Part shown: positions 38,601 through 52,571 of the stretch, piece by piece
Layout of the letters: every line of letters begins with the position of its first letter
Numbering within the stretch: position 1 is the stretch's first letter
Assembly: GCA_034780895.1 (NCBI GenBank)
Contig: JAUZTB010000098.1
Coordinates: 105,066,122-105,130,121, forward strand
Length of the DNA: 64,000 nt
Direction: 5' to 3'
Source of the DNA: Rhynchobatus australiae
Taxonomy: Eukaryota
Made by a program: the position numbers and the translations under genes
Notes under the pieces: generated by a model
Databases searched by the model: none
Seen by the model: the letters and a program-made list of their open reading frames with translations, nothing else
Told to the model about the DNA's origin: nothing

Positions 38601-41600
38601 CTAATCTTTGGTAGGTTAGCATATTCCAAGTCGTGATGCAATTGTCTCCCAGTTGAACATTCAGGACCCACACACGTCGCGTATGTGCTCACTAAATCTG
38701 CAATATGACAAAACGTCTCAATCCCTTTACCTGAAAGAACATATGAAAACCAAAGTGAAACTCTGGAATTATGTAAAATGTCAACAACAGGACAGGCCTG
38801 CGACTGCATGCGTCAAAGACGAATTGAACAGTGTTATTTCATGAAAGCTAAAATTAACGAATTGTAACTGTATTTATTCCATGCTTTATTGAAGAGTTGT
38901 GTAAATTACTTTGGAGGCCATAGTTCGGAATACATTTAAATATATTTCTTTGTTATCCCGATCGCAGAACGTAATAAATGTTTTGAGCTCAATGGGCAAA
39001 GTTCAAACCACTATTTGCTGCTTCAGTTTTTAGATAACGTTTGTTCACAGAACTACGATTAAAATTACTACTGGAACTTTTATTTTATCTGTTTATACAC
39101 ATCTGTCCCATTTAGAGATAGATAAACATTTTACTGCTAATTCGTGAAGTATTTAAAAACAAATCACATTAGCAAAGAAGTGAGAGCTTTTTCACATTCC
39201 GAATAGAGATGCATAAATAACACTTCACGATAATAAATATAGTTGGACAAATTTTGTACAGGGAGGAAAATGTATATCTGTATTATTTTGACAAAACATT
39301 AAGGAACGCCACTACACTATTAGACGACTGACTGGTAAGTTGATGTAAAAACGTATCACGGAAAACCCATTCAATTGCTTATAAACTCCACCGGAAATTA
39401 GATTTACTTTCCGAAACAATGAACACAAATATTTTAACAAAATATTTTTGCTTAAAGTTTTATACAAAAAATATTTTAATTCAAGGCACGCATTTGGCGT
39501 TGGAATGAATAATGATAAAATTGAATTCAAAGGAAAGAAAATCTCATAAATTGAATAGTTGGGTGCGATTTAAAAGAAATTCTAAGTTATCATACAAAAT
39601 ATACTTTGAATATTTTAGGAGTGCGAATTTATATTGTTAAATGTAATTATACGGATCTAATCACACATGCATAATTTTCTAAAATGTAGATTGCGTTTAT
39701 AAATATACTCTGTTTTAAATCAACATCTGAAAAGATTTTAGTGAACTGAAATACATATTCCCTTTGAAACGAATTATAACACATAAGACGCGTGTTGCCT
39801 TAATCTAATTATACAAATTTGGTTATCCAAAGACGTATTCTACACGTGAAATACTATTTGCCCTAATTTGCCAAAAATAGTACCTGAATCGTTATTAGTT
39901 TAAATCCCGCATGTTTGCCTGTGCATATGAATAAGCATGTATTTTATGCTAATCTATTAAAGGTTAGTTTACTTGTTGATATGTATCTATTAAAATGCAG
40001 AAAGCAATACTTTCCATCTATTGTTCTCTGGCACATAAACCGCAAAGTAAAATTCCTGGGATTGTATCAGTAGTTTATGCATTATATAATCTTTTATTTT
40101 ATGAAGCTCAGTTTCGTTTCTGCACAGTATACTAGATGCCTAACCGACTTAATATTGCGAGGCCATGGTACCTTATTTCCAAAGTGTTCCATTTTCCGAC
40201 ATATATTGCCAGCAATGTCAAATCCAGTACATCTATTTTTGGACTGCATGTATAATCTATTATAAATCAGAGTAAAACAATGAATCAACAACTTATGTAC
40301 ATTCAAGTAATTTTTATGTAACTAGAAACAAAAATTATAACACAAAGGCTCTATTTGATTTTTTTTTCATTCAGAAAATCAATTTTATTTTTGAATTGAA
40401 GTGACGCAATAGTATTTGATGACAATTTCTAAAGTTAATCCAACAATCTTGAAGTCAATTTGACGCGATTTTCAAAGAGCTACATACAGTGACTGTATAG
40501 TACAGCTAGTTAAAAATCCAATTTACTTAGCCCGTCGTTGAATTCAAGGGAAATTTTACATTTAATATTATTTTGAAGCAATTCATAAACATTAAATATA
40601 TATTTCAGTGTTTCTTATTGTTAAGAGTGTTCGTTTTGGATACGTTTAATTGCATGGTGGCAAGTTGTACTTAGCAGCAAACGGGAAAAAGCGCATTATG
40701 TAGCATGTATATACATGTAGATACTTCATGCAGCGAATGCTGTCTGCCTTCAGAATAGATAATAAGGCTTCACTCGAGTGAAGAGAAGAAACAATTCAAG
40801 TAAGCCATTATATCAAGATAAATGAGCATTCAGTCTGCAGGCAGAACACATAATCGGTGAGGTGAATGGTCACATATTTTTTAAAAGTGGCAACAAGCGA
40901 AATGAAATCCAAACTGTGCCTTAATAGGACTTTAGCTTTCGAAAATTGCTTATAGCTTTCATCACAGAACGAATGGCGTTGTTATAATTATAGATGATAC
41001 AGAGTATAGATCTCTTTAAATATAATTCCTAATGCTTTGGTTCGTACTATGCGATATGTGTTTTTTTTTGAGAATCTCAGGCATGCATGCGAACTTCTCT
41101 CTAAGAACTATATCGGAGTTACTGATAATATTCCGTAGCATAAATTCAGTAATCCAAAATGCATTATCGTTTTCCCAATAAATTAATTTATTCGCTCGCG
41201 GCTACCGCTGAAGTCATTAAACATGCTTTCATTTATTCCAAGAGAAGATCTACAGTTCAAGGTTGAACACTGGCACCAAACGCTTTCAAGAACCGAAGGC
41301 TAAACGAATTCTGAAATGCCAGTTCTAAATTATTGAATTCTTTGCTTCTCTGTGGGTATCACGGAAATAACTATACAGTTAATTTTGCTTAACTCTTTAT
41401 CTTGCAATAACTAAATAACAAGAAATGACTGGGCAAGTCGACAAATCTGAGCGTCCCTTTCATTGCTTAAGGACTTCGCAGCACTTTTACCTGTTGTATT
41501 TGAGTTACTTAAGGCCGAACAAAACGTATAACAGCCGAAATAAAATTTTGTACTACATTAATTTATTTGGAAAAAAAGTGTTAATTGTCGGTTATTCCCA

Positions 41601-42952
41601 AAGACATTATCTGTTTTGACTGCACCGAATGGTTACTTATAACTAATAAAACATTATTTCGTTCTCTTCCCCGTAAGCAGAAATTTTGCAATTTTACACA
41701 AGATGCATCCAGAAAAGTAATAATTAAACCAGCCTTGATCAGACACAATGTGGGTGGTTCTCTTCGAGTATTTTCCAACAAATGCTCGGTTGGATTTTGC
41801 AATAGCATGCTGTGATTGGTTCGACTGCGTCATGTGATGAATGTAGAATTTTATAATCCCTCGACATTTTGACAAATCGGCTTTCATGTTGCAAACAGTA
41901 AGCCCGGGGTTGTTGTTTCGGGTGTATTTGGAAAATGCACCAGAGAATGCGTAGCTTAAGGTTTATCATTAGGCATTTAATATTAATTCGGTGTAAATGT
42001 AGCAAAATAGATCGGTTACTTAAGGAAGTCCGCTTACCTCTCAATTAATAATTCCAAGGAAACATTTCCTATAATATCCACGATAAAGTTGCGTACTCTC
42101 TGCATGATTGTGGAATTTATCTGTAATTCTGTATGTTAAAATGAAAAGTTGCGGTAGTTAACGTTTTTTAATGAAGATCAAGTTATAGTTTTGCATGTCT
42201 ACTGCCCTCAGCGAAAGACAAATTACGCAACATCACATGCAATTTCCTGTGGTTTATATTTAAAATCTATGTAGACTGTATGCTTTTAAATTCTCAGAAC
42301 GTCGCGGAGAATTCCTTACTGTCATTTACACGGAACATCTAAGCGATCTCTCTGGTTTTGCAAGATTAGAAGCGAAATTCCGCAAATACTTGACCGGATA
42401 CAGTATATAAAAGAGCATAGCTGTCCTGCCCAGAGCAGTTAGATATAGCAATAGATAAAGGTGAAATAATAGAAGCATGGTTACCTAAAGACAAAAATGT
42501 TGTACACGACCGATCATAGATAATTTGAAGATTACTCTTAAAGCCTTTTTTATGTAGTTTGTAATTACAATAGTGAGGAATTTTACTTGATCAGTTTGTT
42601 TACGCATTCTTTAGCTGTAGAGGTTGAAATGTATTTGCAGGTGAAAGTTAAATCACAAAACATACAGCTACATCCCAATATTCATATGGATTCTAAATTC
42701 CCTCCTTTAGGATATTAGTAAATTATCAAACCTTGGCGGAGGAAATGTAATTTATGACTAGACATTGAAATTCAAACTTTTTAAATAATTTACCCGAAAT
42801 TTTCCAATATGTTGACAATGTATAAATATTCCTTAGAGTTGCTGACCTATACTGGATGCTCCCAGCTCACTCTCTGCAGGTTTATTATTGATACAATCAT
42901 GTTTGGTTGCTCGTGTTTCCAACGCTCATATAAATGAATGTCCACAGATGTA

Positions 42953-42967
42953 ACAGTAGATGGCGCA
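42953..42967 (+). promoter_or_regulatory. Candidate CTCF site (A11|A13)
   Basis: ACAGTAGATGGCGCA is a near-consensus CTCF core just downstream of the HoxA13 3' UTR. Confidence 0.6.
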
Positions 42968-44744
42968 CTTGCTCTACATATACACCTCATGACTATTCAT
43001 GAGCTGTTAATCGTCAAGGTNNNNNNNNNNNNNNNNNNNNNNNNNNNNNNNNNNNNNNNNNNNNNNNNNNNNNNNNNNNNNNNNNNNNNNNNNNNNNNNN
43101 NNNNNNNNNNNNNNNNNNNNNNNNNNNNNNNNNNNNNNNNNNNNNNNNNNNNNNNNNNNNNNNNNNNNNNNNNNNNNNNNNNNNNNNNNNNNNNNNNNNN
43201 NNNNNNNNNNNNNNNNNNNNNNNNNNNNNNNNNNNNNNNNNNNNNNNNNNNNNNNNNNNNNNNNNNNCCCCCATCGCCCTGCCTCCATGTACAAAGCAAA
43301 GACAGAGCGTGTATTTTTACTCAGAATATGGAAACACTTGTTTGTTGCTCTCAAACTTTCAGCATATATTAATACAAACTTAGAGGTCCAGCCTACAAAT
43401 ATTGTTGACATCAAAACCCTGAACCTTTATCTGGCCGTGACATTCTCCCATTTGAAAAAGAAGGCCGGGTATATCTGCTGATTGGCAAATTCCTGGGTTA
43501 TTTCTTAGAATGAAAGCATGGTTTCCACGCATTTGGAATATCTTGCTTCACAACAGGAAGAAATCTAATTAGCCCTTTTTGATTTTTTTTCCTTAGAAGT
43601 TCTTCGCTGGTCTCATGTTTCTTAACAAAAAATATGCGACGCTGTAGTTTATGAAGACTTTTTTATTCGTGAAATAATTTGTTTTAATGCAAGTAATTCA
43701 GTAGATGATAAAAAGACAATAGGCTATACAGATTAAAAGCTGCATAATAGTAATGCAAGACATATCTTAATTTCATGATTATCATTCGTGATTTAACGTT
43801 GCAACTATAATTGGTTTATATATAGACCAAGCAAGAGGGGAGCATTCAGATATAACAATGCAGTATTTTTTAAATACAATTGCACGCAAATGTTGTCATC
43901 TTTAAGAAGAAAGCTGTGCGCCTTAAGCCTGTATGAAGATTAATGCGATGTGAGATGTGTAATATAACTAGCAGACAAAAAAAAAGGCTTCATATTTAGT
44001 TCATTTGCACGGGATGGGATCTTCGACGTTTGCAAACATTTTTTTTCTTTCCGCTCTGTAGAAACTGACGGTCTGCACTGTAATTATGAAAGGCAAGGAT
44101 GCTCTTAGGTATGTACATAAGACGAAATGTAGAGTGCTGGAATTGTACGCATTCACGTTCCCATCTGCATTGCTACTTAGAATATATTCTTCCATCTACC
44201 TGTATATTAATATCTTTAGAGACAGCGCATCCCTTCCAAAGAAAACGTAGTGCGTAAACATACTTTTTATTATACATTTCACGATATATCCCATAGCTTA
44301 CCTGAGGAAAAAAATAGCATGCACTCTAGTAGCTTTTTTTTAATAACTAAACCCTTTCAGCAAGTTTTCTTTAGGTGCTTTGATGGCATTTTGCGAAGGA
44401 ACTGTGTGAATCAAAGTTTTACGATTATTCTTTCTGAGTGTTTCAGTTTATATGCACTCGACAATGTTTGCCACATTTGAAAATAGCAACCTTCTCGATT
44501 CTTGAATCATGAGTTTGATTTATTTCTGGCGAATAATAATTTGTCTTAACAAGATATTTGTACCATGTGTCTCTTGGATTTTTATTTGTGTTTTGTGGGA
44601 TGTTTTAAGAAAAGTAATGTTCAGGCAGAAAGAAAAAAATCTAGCATCAAGAAAATGAGCTGAGATGGTTTTTTTTCTTCAGGCTGAGATCAGATATGTT
44701 TTAAAATTTTCAAAATAAGTCCAAGTGTTTCTGGAATTGTCGCA

Positions 44745-44989
44745 CTAGCTGTTACTTTTCAGTTTGGTGAGAACTTTTTTTTCTTTGACTCGTCTGTTTT
44801 GAAACCAAATAGTGACTTGTCTCTCAGAGAGGTTTGTCGATGCCGATATCCTCCTTCGCTTGTCCTTGGTGATGAATTTATTGGTAGCATATTCCCGCTC
44901 AAGTTCTTTCAACTGCACCTTGGTATAAGGCACCCTTTTCTTTCTCCCACGCCGAAAAGAGCTCGCATCCGAAGGATGCGAAACGACGT
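44745..44989 (-). CDS. HOXA13: HoxA13 exon 2 (homeodomain)
   Basis: The acceptor ccacag|AC is followed by (D)[80 protein letters not shown]. Confidence 0.97.
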
Positions 44990-45407
44990 CTGTGGAGAGA
45001 AATGCACACCTTTACTATCCCTGGCAGTTTAGCTCTCGTCGCCAAATAAACACGAAAAAAAAAGTTTCAAAGCAGAGACTGTCGCTGGAGTCAAGTTCAA
45101 CATCACAGCATGGAGATGCTACTGGGATGGCATTTCATGAAATAAATGACATAGCAGCAAATATAATTTAATGCGTTCGAAGGTCGAAGGAATTATATAA
45201 AAATCATGCAGAGGAATATTTAGGCAGGGACACTAAAATACAAGTGTAAATAATGTTGGGGGCATGGCGAATATCATTTCTTAATTGTGGTCTAATTTAT
45301 ATGTTATCCAGCTAGCCGTACGTATTTGCACGTCAGACAAAATGCTTTCTCCCTTCATTGGACGGGTTTCGGTTATGGGGTGTGCATTAAGNNNNNNNNN
45401 NNNNNNN

Positions 45408-46056
45408 NNNNNNNNNNNNACTTCCAGAGGTGGGTGGCTTGAGGTTGCTCTTTCGAACAGCAAACTTGACCGTTCCACCCATTGGTGATTGCCCAGGGCT
45501 GGTAGCTCTCCATGGGTAATAATGTGTCGTGTCTCGGTTCTCCCGGAGCGCTGATGGTGGGGACCACAGGTACGTCCAAATAGCTGGGCATTGGTTGGTA
45601 TGGCCCCGCGTAACCTTGATAGAAAGCAAACTCCTTAGCTCGGGTGGTGAATTCCTCGCCGGCGGACGTGTCCATGTATTTGTCGGCAGGGTAGCCAGAC
45701 AAGGTGGAGGGTTGCGCACAGGACTTAATGCTGCTATGGTGGCTCATGCGGCAGGGGTAGTAACTGCTCCCAAAGTATCCATAAGGAAGAGAAGCACTAG
45801 AGGAAGTTTGAGCAGCAGGACAAGGACTACACTGTTTGACAGGTTCAACAATGCCAGAGACTGGTACTTCACTCGACGAGTAGGCAGAACTGGGGGCTAG
45901 GGATGCTGGATGGGCCATCAAATTCCTGCATTGATTTGCTGTGAAGTTCCCTCCTGAAAATCCATCCATGTTTTTATTAATTTCATCCAAATTATTGTCG
46001 TAGACGAACATCACCGTGTCGATCCAGCGGGGATGAAGTATCACTGACGCTGTCAT
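45408..46056 (-). CDS. HOXA13: HoxA13 exon 1 (3' boundary estimated, lies in N gap 45392-45419)
   Basis: [21 protein letters not shown]...[14 protein letters not shown]...[15 protein letters not shown]...[11 protein letters not shown]...[17 protein letters not shown]. The donor position is inferred from the homologous HLWKSxLP|D. Confidence 0.95.
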
Positions 46057-46171
46057 ATCACGTCCAACATTGAGACTAGTGGCCGTTTTAAAAGCCCCCA
46101 AGACTGAAAAGAGATACTGAATCTCTCAGACTTAGCAGCATTGACGCGCCAGTGTCGCTGAAACCTGCCTC

Positions 46172-46200
46172 CCTATTGGCTGCGAGTTGTCCACGTGATA
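46172..46200 (-). promoter_or_regulatory. HoxA13 proximal promoter CCAAT + E-box
   Basis: ATTGG at 46175-46179 and CACGTG at 46192-46197, the same layout as in the HoxA9 promoter. Confidence 0.55.
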
Positions 46201-47402
46201 TGCAAAGTAGCTGATAAACATCTGAAGAATAAAAAGGTAGATGTTCCATTAGTCTAATAAAGTAACGTTTGGATATTTACGTGAACGAGTAATTGGAATA
46301 AAATGCATATATCAAAATGCTGCAATTCCATCGGTGCACAAAACAAACCATTTTTATGGGAATTACATAGGTGGGTTTACATGAAAATGCCTAGCCATGC
46401 CAGTAAAAGCAATATTTTGCATATGCACAAAAGTGCTCAATGTTAAATCTATTGGTTTTTTTTTTGCATTTAACAAAATAAATAATTCATGCTTTATGGG
46501 GGTTACGACGTAAAGGATTTTAAATCGGTTATCTGTGCATGTTCTTGATTATCGTGCCAAGAGTTGAGTTTACCTTTGAATAGATAATTTTACGGTTCAT
46601 CCTTGTTATCATATGTATCTCCTATCAATTAAATGGGACTTTTTTTGTCAAACCAGCTGCCGCTTGAGCAAAGCCTAGCGATAGGACGGGTTAGTGCTGT
46701 ACCTTGCAATATACAAATAAAATCACGAAGTGTTTTCAACTAATAGGAAAATAACGTTTGGAGAAATAGGTAGTAGCAGCAATTTTATAGTGAAAAGGAA
46801 ACATCTGTATGACCTTTATATTGCTTCATGACATAACTCGTTAAACCAAATAGTAATAATGCCGAAGAAAAGTCCAAAATTATTCCGGAGTGGATGTNNN
46901 NNNNNNNNNNNNNNNNNNNNNNNNNNNNNNNNNNNNNNNNNNNNNNNNNNNNNNNNNNNNNNNNNNNNNNNNNNNNNNNNNNNNNNNNNNNNNNNNNNNN
47001 NNNNNNNNNNNNNNNNNNNNNNNNNNNNNNNNNNNNNNNNNNNNNNNNNAGAACAATTAAATTATTTACATGTAATAGTAGTGGTGAAATTTCTAGCCAT
47101 CTTAAAAATATATTAATATCAAAGGACATTTATAAGACAGATAAGAATATTGACTAATTCTTTTCCTGCCGTTTGCCAGCCGTGATCTTGAAGTTTTTTA
47201 AACAAATGTCAGTTTTCAATTCTTCCCCCGCTAATGCAGTCGGTTTGTGGTAACTTACTTGCTGCAAAATGTGTATTCTCTGAACAGGAAGAGTATTCAC
47301 GTAACTGATTTCAAATTAAAATATCAGTAAATGTGTTTTATGGGTAACTGGCACATTTAAGTAGACGAGAAAGCGATAGAATTGTGAATTATTTAATACT
47401 AT

Positions 47403-47416
47403 CTGCCACCTGGTTG
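47403..47416 (-). promoter_or_regulatory. Candidate CTCF site 5' of HoxA13
   Basis: Minus strand CAACCAGGTGGCAG is near consensus. Confidence 0.55.
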
Positions 47417-48881
47417 AATTTACTAAAATCCATAAATGTAATTTATTTTATAATATCTAACAGTCTTAAAAGCGTTATTTGATAGATTCAACTATATTAT
47501 CGCTGTATTTAGAAGTAACTTGGTGAAATCTGGCGAAGAGCATGGCCATAATCCGTCCTACTAAACGTAGATATCACATGACGAAGAAGAGTAGCTGGTA
47601 AAAATGAGCAACAAAAAAATTGGGACCAACACTATTCGGCAGCAATGGGTCGTCACAAAAGGTGATCTTTAATTCAATTCTAGTTACTTACTTTGTACAT
47701 GGGACCTTGTGGTAAGTGCAATCAAACTCATATCCTGATAATCGACCTCGACAACCCTGTTTCAGTCATTGGTTGGCCTTGGTTCTTTGGCTGAAGACTT
47801 GATGCCTTTAAGTGATGCAGCTGCCTAGAACAATCATTTTATTATTGAAATGCGTTTTTATTCTTTATAATCCCTGCCTTCCCCTCCCCCGCGTTCTCTA
47901 TCTATCACCCTCTTTCCTGCTTTACTTGCCCTTCTCTTTATTTTCTCACTTTTTTGCCCCTCACTCTTCAGATATAGGGGGCAGGCAATCGTTAAAGAAG
48001 AAACTAATCATCCTTCTTTTAATCTTATTTTAGAAAATGGAAGTAATGCGAAGCTAAATGGTTTGGAGACGCTGTTTCTTCACTGATGCGGACCATCGTT
48101 AGTAAAACAGAGAGGCTGTTATTCCAATTATATTGCATATAAACACTCTCCGTCGACTTCCGTGACATGAAATACTATAATTAAAATAGTCTCTCCACTG
48201 TGTCTGGAGATTTTCCACATTATCTTTCCTTTGGATATCCAAAGTGTACAACATTTTCCAGTTTATAATTGCACAGATTATACTGAGATGGGTTTAAAAC
48301 ATTTCACGCTGCAGTGAAATATATAGCCAAGCTAAATCGGGACTTTCTCAATACATCTTGTGAGATTATTCTTTCAAATCTATGACCACCTTACTCGGTG
48401 GGAGCTCGTTTAGTTTATACTCCAGTGATGATTATGTGATAAAATGATTGGTACTCCAGTGTATCTGTCACTGAATGACAAAGATTCGCTTCCTCGCATA
48501 ATTATTAGTCGGTCGATCTTATTAGTATTATTATTTAATGTAGTTGAAGAACCTTAATTTTTCCCGTGTATTATAAGCTAACGGTCTTACTAGAATTTGT
48601 TCTGATCATAAAATGTTTTGAAAGAGCACATCTTGTTCCATAATTATTCGGTTAATGCTTAATAACGCCGTATCTGCTCAGTTAATCTCAGCAGATACAC
48701 AGAAGATGAGCTGCATTTAATTATGTAGATTTGTTCCACGTAAATATCCATTTATCAGATAAATAGGTAGCATGGGCAAAGGCTGCGCTATGTTAGAATA
48801 TATTTCAATCTGAATTCATTCGAGCCACAGTTTTATACAGCGACGTTTCTGAATTGAACATTATTTAATCAAGAGAAGGCT

Positions 48882-48937
<56 letters not shown>

Positions 48938-51900
48938 NNNNNNNNNNAAGAGAAGGCTGCCCCGACCCCCACCCCAAAAAAAAATACACGTTGAATTGAA
49001 GCAAACAGTCGTCTGCGCACTTGAGTGTAGGTTGGACCACCAGCGCCTTCCGCTTTGAAAGAGTGTTATGTTAAGGCATGGGCGCGATATAACTACAATC
49101 TGCAGCATATTCAAACGGGCACATTGCAGATTATGCTTCAAAATGGCAGCAACCAAATGGGCAGCTCTTTTACATACGGGTTAGACACGGCTAAAGGCCA
49201 AGGTCAAGTTGAAAGTTGCAGTCTAGCCAATGTGAGTGCTGTCATTCACGCGTTGACGACCATGTCTGAATTCTTATAAAGGCAAGCCGTGAGAATTGAC
49301 TTTTTCATTGCCGTTTTGTTTGTTTTCCTTTGTTTTCACTCACAACCCTCCAAATGAAAAAAAAATCCACTGACCATACCGTCTTCATTTCCAGGCTGTT
49401 TCTGCATGGTTGGCAAAGGATGTGAAATGGATGCAGTCGCTTTGAGATACATTGCAAATTATACAGCATTACATCCGGTTTAAATGCACTGTTTACGAAA
49501 CCTCTTGTTTTGAACTGAGTGCAGTACAGGCACGCCAGTGTGTGACTTGCAAAGGTAGCGGCATGTAGAGCATGCTGAACTATCATGATGAACACTGCGC
49601 CAAGTATTGAGGGCCATACTGCGGTGCCAGGAGATATCTCCAGGCAAGGTTTCAAACTATTTTTGGATCCGTACATCACCAATGAAAATCTTACACTCTG
49701 ACAAAGTGCAACAACTACATGCCTAAGAGGTAACTGTGTCTAAAAGGCATCTGTGCCAGGAGGTAACTGTGCCGTATTCTGAATTACTCACGAATCGTAG
49801 TAAAGTTATTTTTAGAACTTTGCAAGGTAACAATTTATTTTTATAACTATTGTCTGCTACTTCTGCTTTCAGAGATGTTGCAATGCATCCATGCATAAGC
49901 ACTCGACCTCGTTGTTTGCTACGAGTTGTCAGCCGAGATCTTTTTGCTTTGCCCTTTCTGGATGATGTTGTGAATAATATCCATAATGTGTGCCTGAATA
50001 CTAAATGATCGCCAGGGCGAAACTGTAACCAAGTTGTGAGAACGTAGTGCACATTGGTTAATAAATCACTGTTAAAACACGTCAAAAACTATTTTCTAAT
50101 ATGAATATTCGTATGATAACTCGTTTTATTGCATCAACATGCGGATATAATCTAAAATTTTTTTTTTGGGGGGGTGAGATTTGATTCCCAAGACTTTCTG
50201 CTAATCCTTTNNNNNNNNNNNNNNNNNNNNNNNNNNNNNNNNNNNNNNNNNNNNNNNNNNNNNNNNNNNNNNNNNNNNNNNNNNNNNNNNNNNNNNNNNN
50301 NNNNNNNNNNNNNNNNNNNNNNNNNNNNNNNNNNNNNNNNNNNNNNNNNNNNNNNNNNNNNNNNNNNNNNNNNNNNNNNNNNNNNNNNNNNNNNNNNNNN
50401 NNNNNNNNNNNNNNNNNNNNNNNNNNNNNNNNNNNNNNNNNNNNNNNNNNNNNNNNNNNNNNNNNNNNNNNNNNNNNNNNNNNNNNNNNNNNNNNNNNNN
50501 NNNNNNNNNNNNNNNNNNNNNNNNNNNNNNNNNNNNNNNNNNNNNNNNNNNNNNNNNNNNNNNNNNNNNNNNNNNNNNNNNNNNNNNNNNNNNNNNNNNN
50601 NNNNNNNNNNNNNNNNGTTTCTTTTTCGCACTACTGCCAGGTTAATGGAGAACTAATCCCCACTTCCTCTTGGGACTGTATTTAAAAAGATAATCATAAT
50701 ACGCACGCTATATCTTGATTTTCTTCTACCTTTACTATCAATGAATATTTACTAATAACATCTGACAATTTAATAGTTGTTAAATAGATAATTTAATAGG
50801 TGACAATTTGATTTCTGATTTTCTACTACAAAGGTCATATGATAAGTCATGCTATTTACAATTGAATAGCCACGATCCTTTCTTCACTGTGACTAAAAGT
50901 ATCTCAAATTTCTAATACTACAGTTTTAAAAAAGTAAAGCAATGTCTTAACCCTACTAAAAATATTCATTGTATTCCTCCACTATGCATGTGTTACCTGT
51001 GATAACATTATTTATCCACTTTGGCCTAATCAATTGTTGTAAGGTATATTATGTCATTTTCCTAAATCAATTAAATTGCAATGGTTTCGATTATTATATG
51101 TGTTATGAGTCACATACGGTATATATTTTGCAGATATTTGATCAACACAGCACCTCCATAAATCAAATAAAAACCTGCCAAAATATTTCATGTTTCTTTT
51201 CTGAAACATTTTGAAATATTATCCAGTAACGTGACTGAGATCAATCAAAATGATTAATCTCTCTTGCTGTCCATGAACTGCTCAATTTGCAATACTGTAA
51301 CATTCATATCAATAAATGTATGTACAGATAGAACATGGTTCTTTCGTCACTTATTGTTGTCAGCAACGTGCACATATTATTGATTCTGAAATATGCAGCT
51401 AGGTAGACTTCATATATGTTTTGTACATTATCGGAAAATCACTGTTGTCTGTGAGAGGCTCGGCATAGAATACATAGATATCATTAATGCTTGTTATTAC
51501 TTCAGTTGTCAAGCTAAGAGTACAGTAACATAGAAAGATTTCACATCTGAATTGTGCTGCATTGATCACTGTCATGCGTTCAGAATGAGTCTGAAACTAA
51601 CAGAGGTTTCCACTTTTATTGATGTCACTCCAATTTTCAATGCAAAATCACATTCATCTACATTGAGAAACACAGTTTAAGGAAGCAATCTACCAAATTG
51701 GAATTAATAGCAATACTGAATTTTGGTATATATTTTACTTGGTTCTTCACACAGGTGGGGGATTCACACAGTTTACACTTGCCATTAAGTCTTACCTTGA
51801 TTGAATATTAAGTGTGCGAACATTTGAAATGAATGAACCTTTGGGAAGAAAAGGAAAATCAACTGCTTCCTAACAACCATTCATGGAACTTTTGCCATAT

Positions 51901-52515
51901 GATTATCACTGGTATTATTACAAGTAAATGAAACCTTTAACCAAAGGATGCAATTTTGTAAAGAAAATGACGACTTTTCCGTATATGCATTCCAACGAAG
52001 TACAACTGATTTATTTTTCTCAGCATAAAACTTGAAATGCGCACATACCTCACGTGCCTTGTTCTATTCGAAATTTGCCGCTAATTTAAATAGTTTGTAA
52101 CCTTTACAGGGAAAAAAAATTCCTTCAAAGAGATCTGTGCATATTTTCTGCTTTAGATCGAGCTACAATGCCATTTCTGCTTTCTGGACATTCTTTTCTA
52201 AACATTCATCAGAGATAACTAAATAAAAGGACAATTTCAGGTTATGGTTCTGTTTCAACACTGCAGTTCATAACTGCATTATTAGTTCCAGTTAGCTGGA
52301 GGCTAATGAGCCTCTTCTCTTTCTCATGCCGAACCCGTAACCTGAATTTGCTCTATCATGAGAAATGTTACTTCCATTTTTTTTAAACGCTCTCCAATTT
52401 GATTTGGAGTCACGTAAGGAATATTTTTTTCTTTTACTTCCCATTCAGAGGGCAACCCTCCTCGATTTAGTCGCCTTATATCCTTCCCCATTACCTCACC
52501 CACGCTCCCCCATCC

Positions 52516-52571
52516 CCACACACACACAAACACACACACACAAACACACATACACAAACACACACACACAC
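52516..52571. repeat. Imperfect (CA)n microsatellite
   Basis: Directly visible. Confidence 0.9.

Noticed and set aside
48871-48960. 56-nt poly-G run and the poly-Pro ORF
   Set aside because: It is adjacent to a gap and flanked by duplicated AAGAGAAGGCTG, typical of a sequencing or assembly artefact.
46200-50000. HOTTIP-like lncRNA 5' of HoxA13
   Set aside because: Only the position is equivalent. No sequence evidence is recognisable without transcript data.
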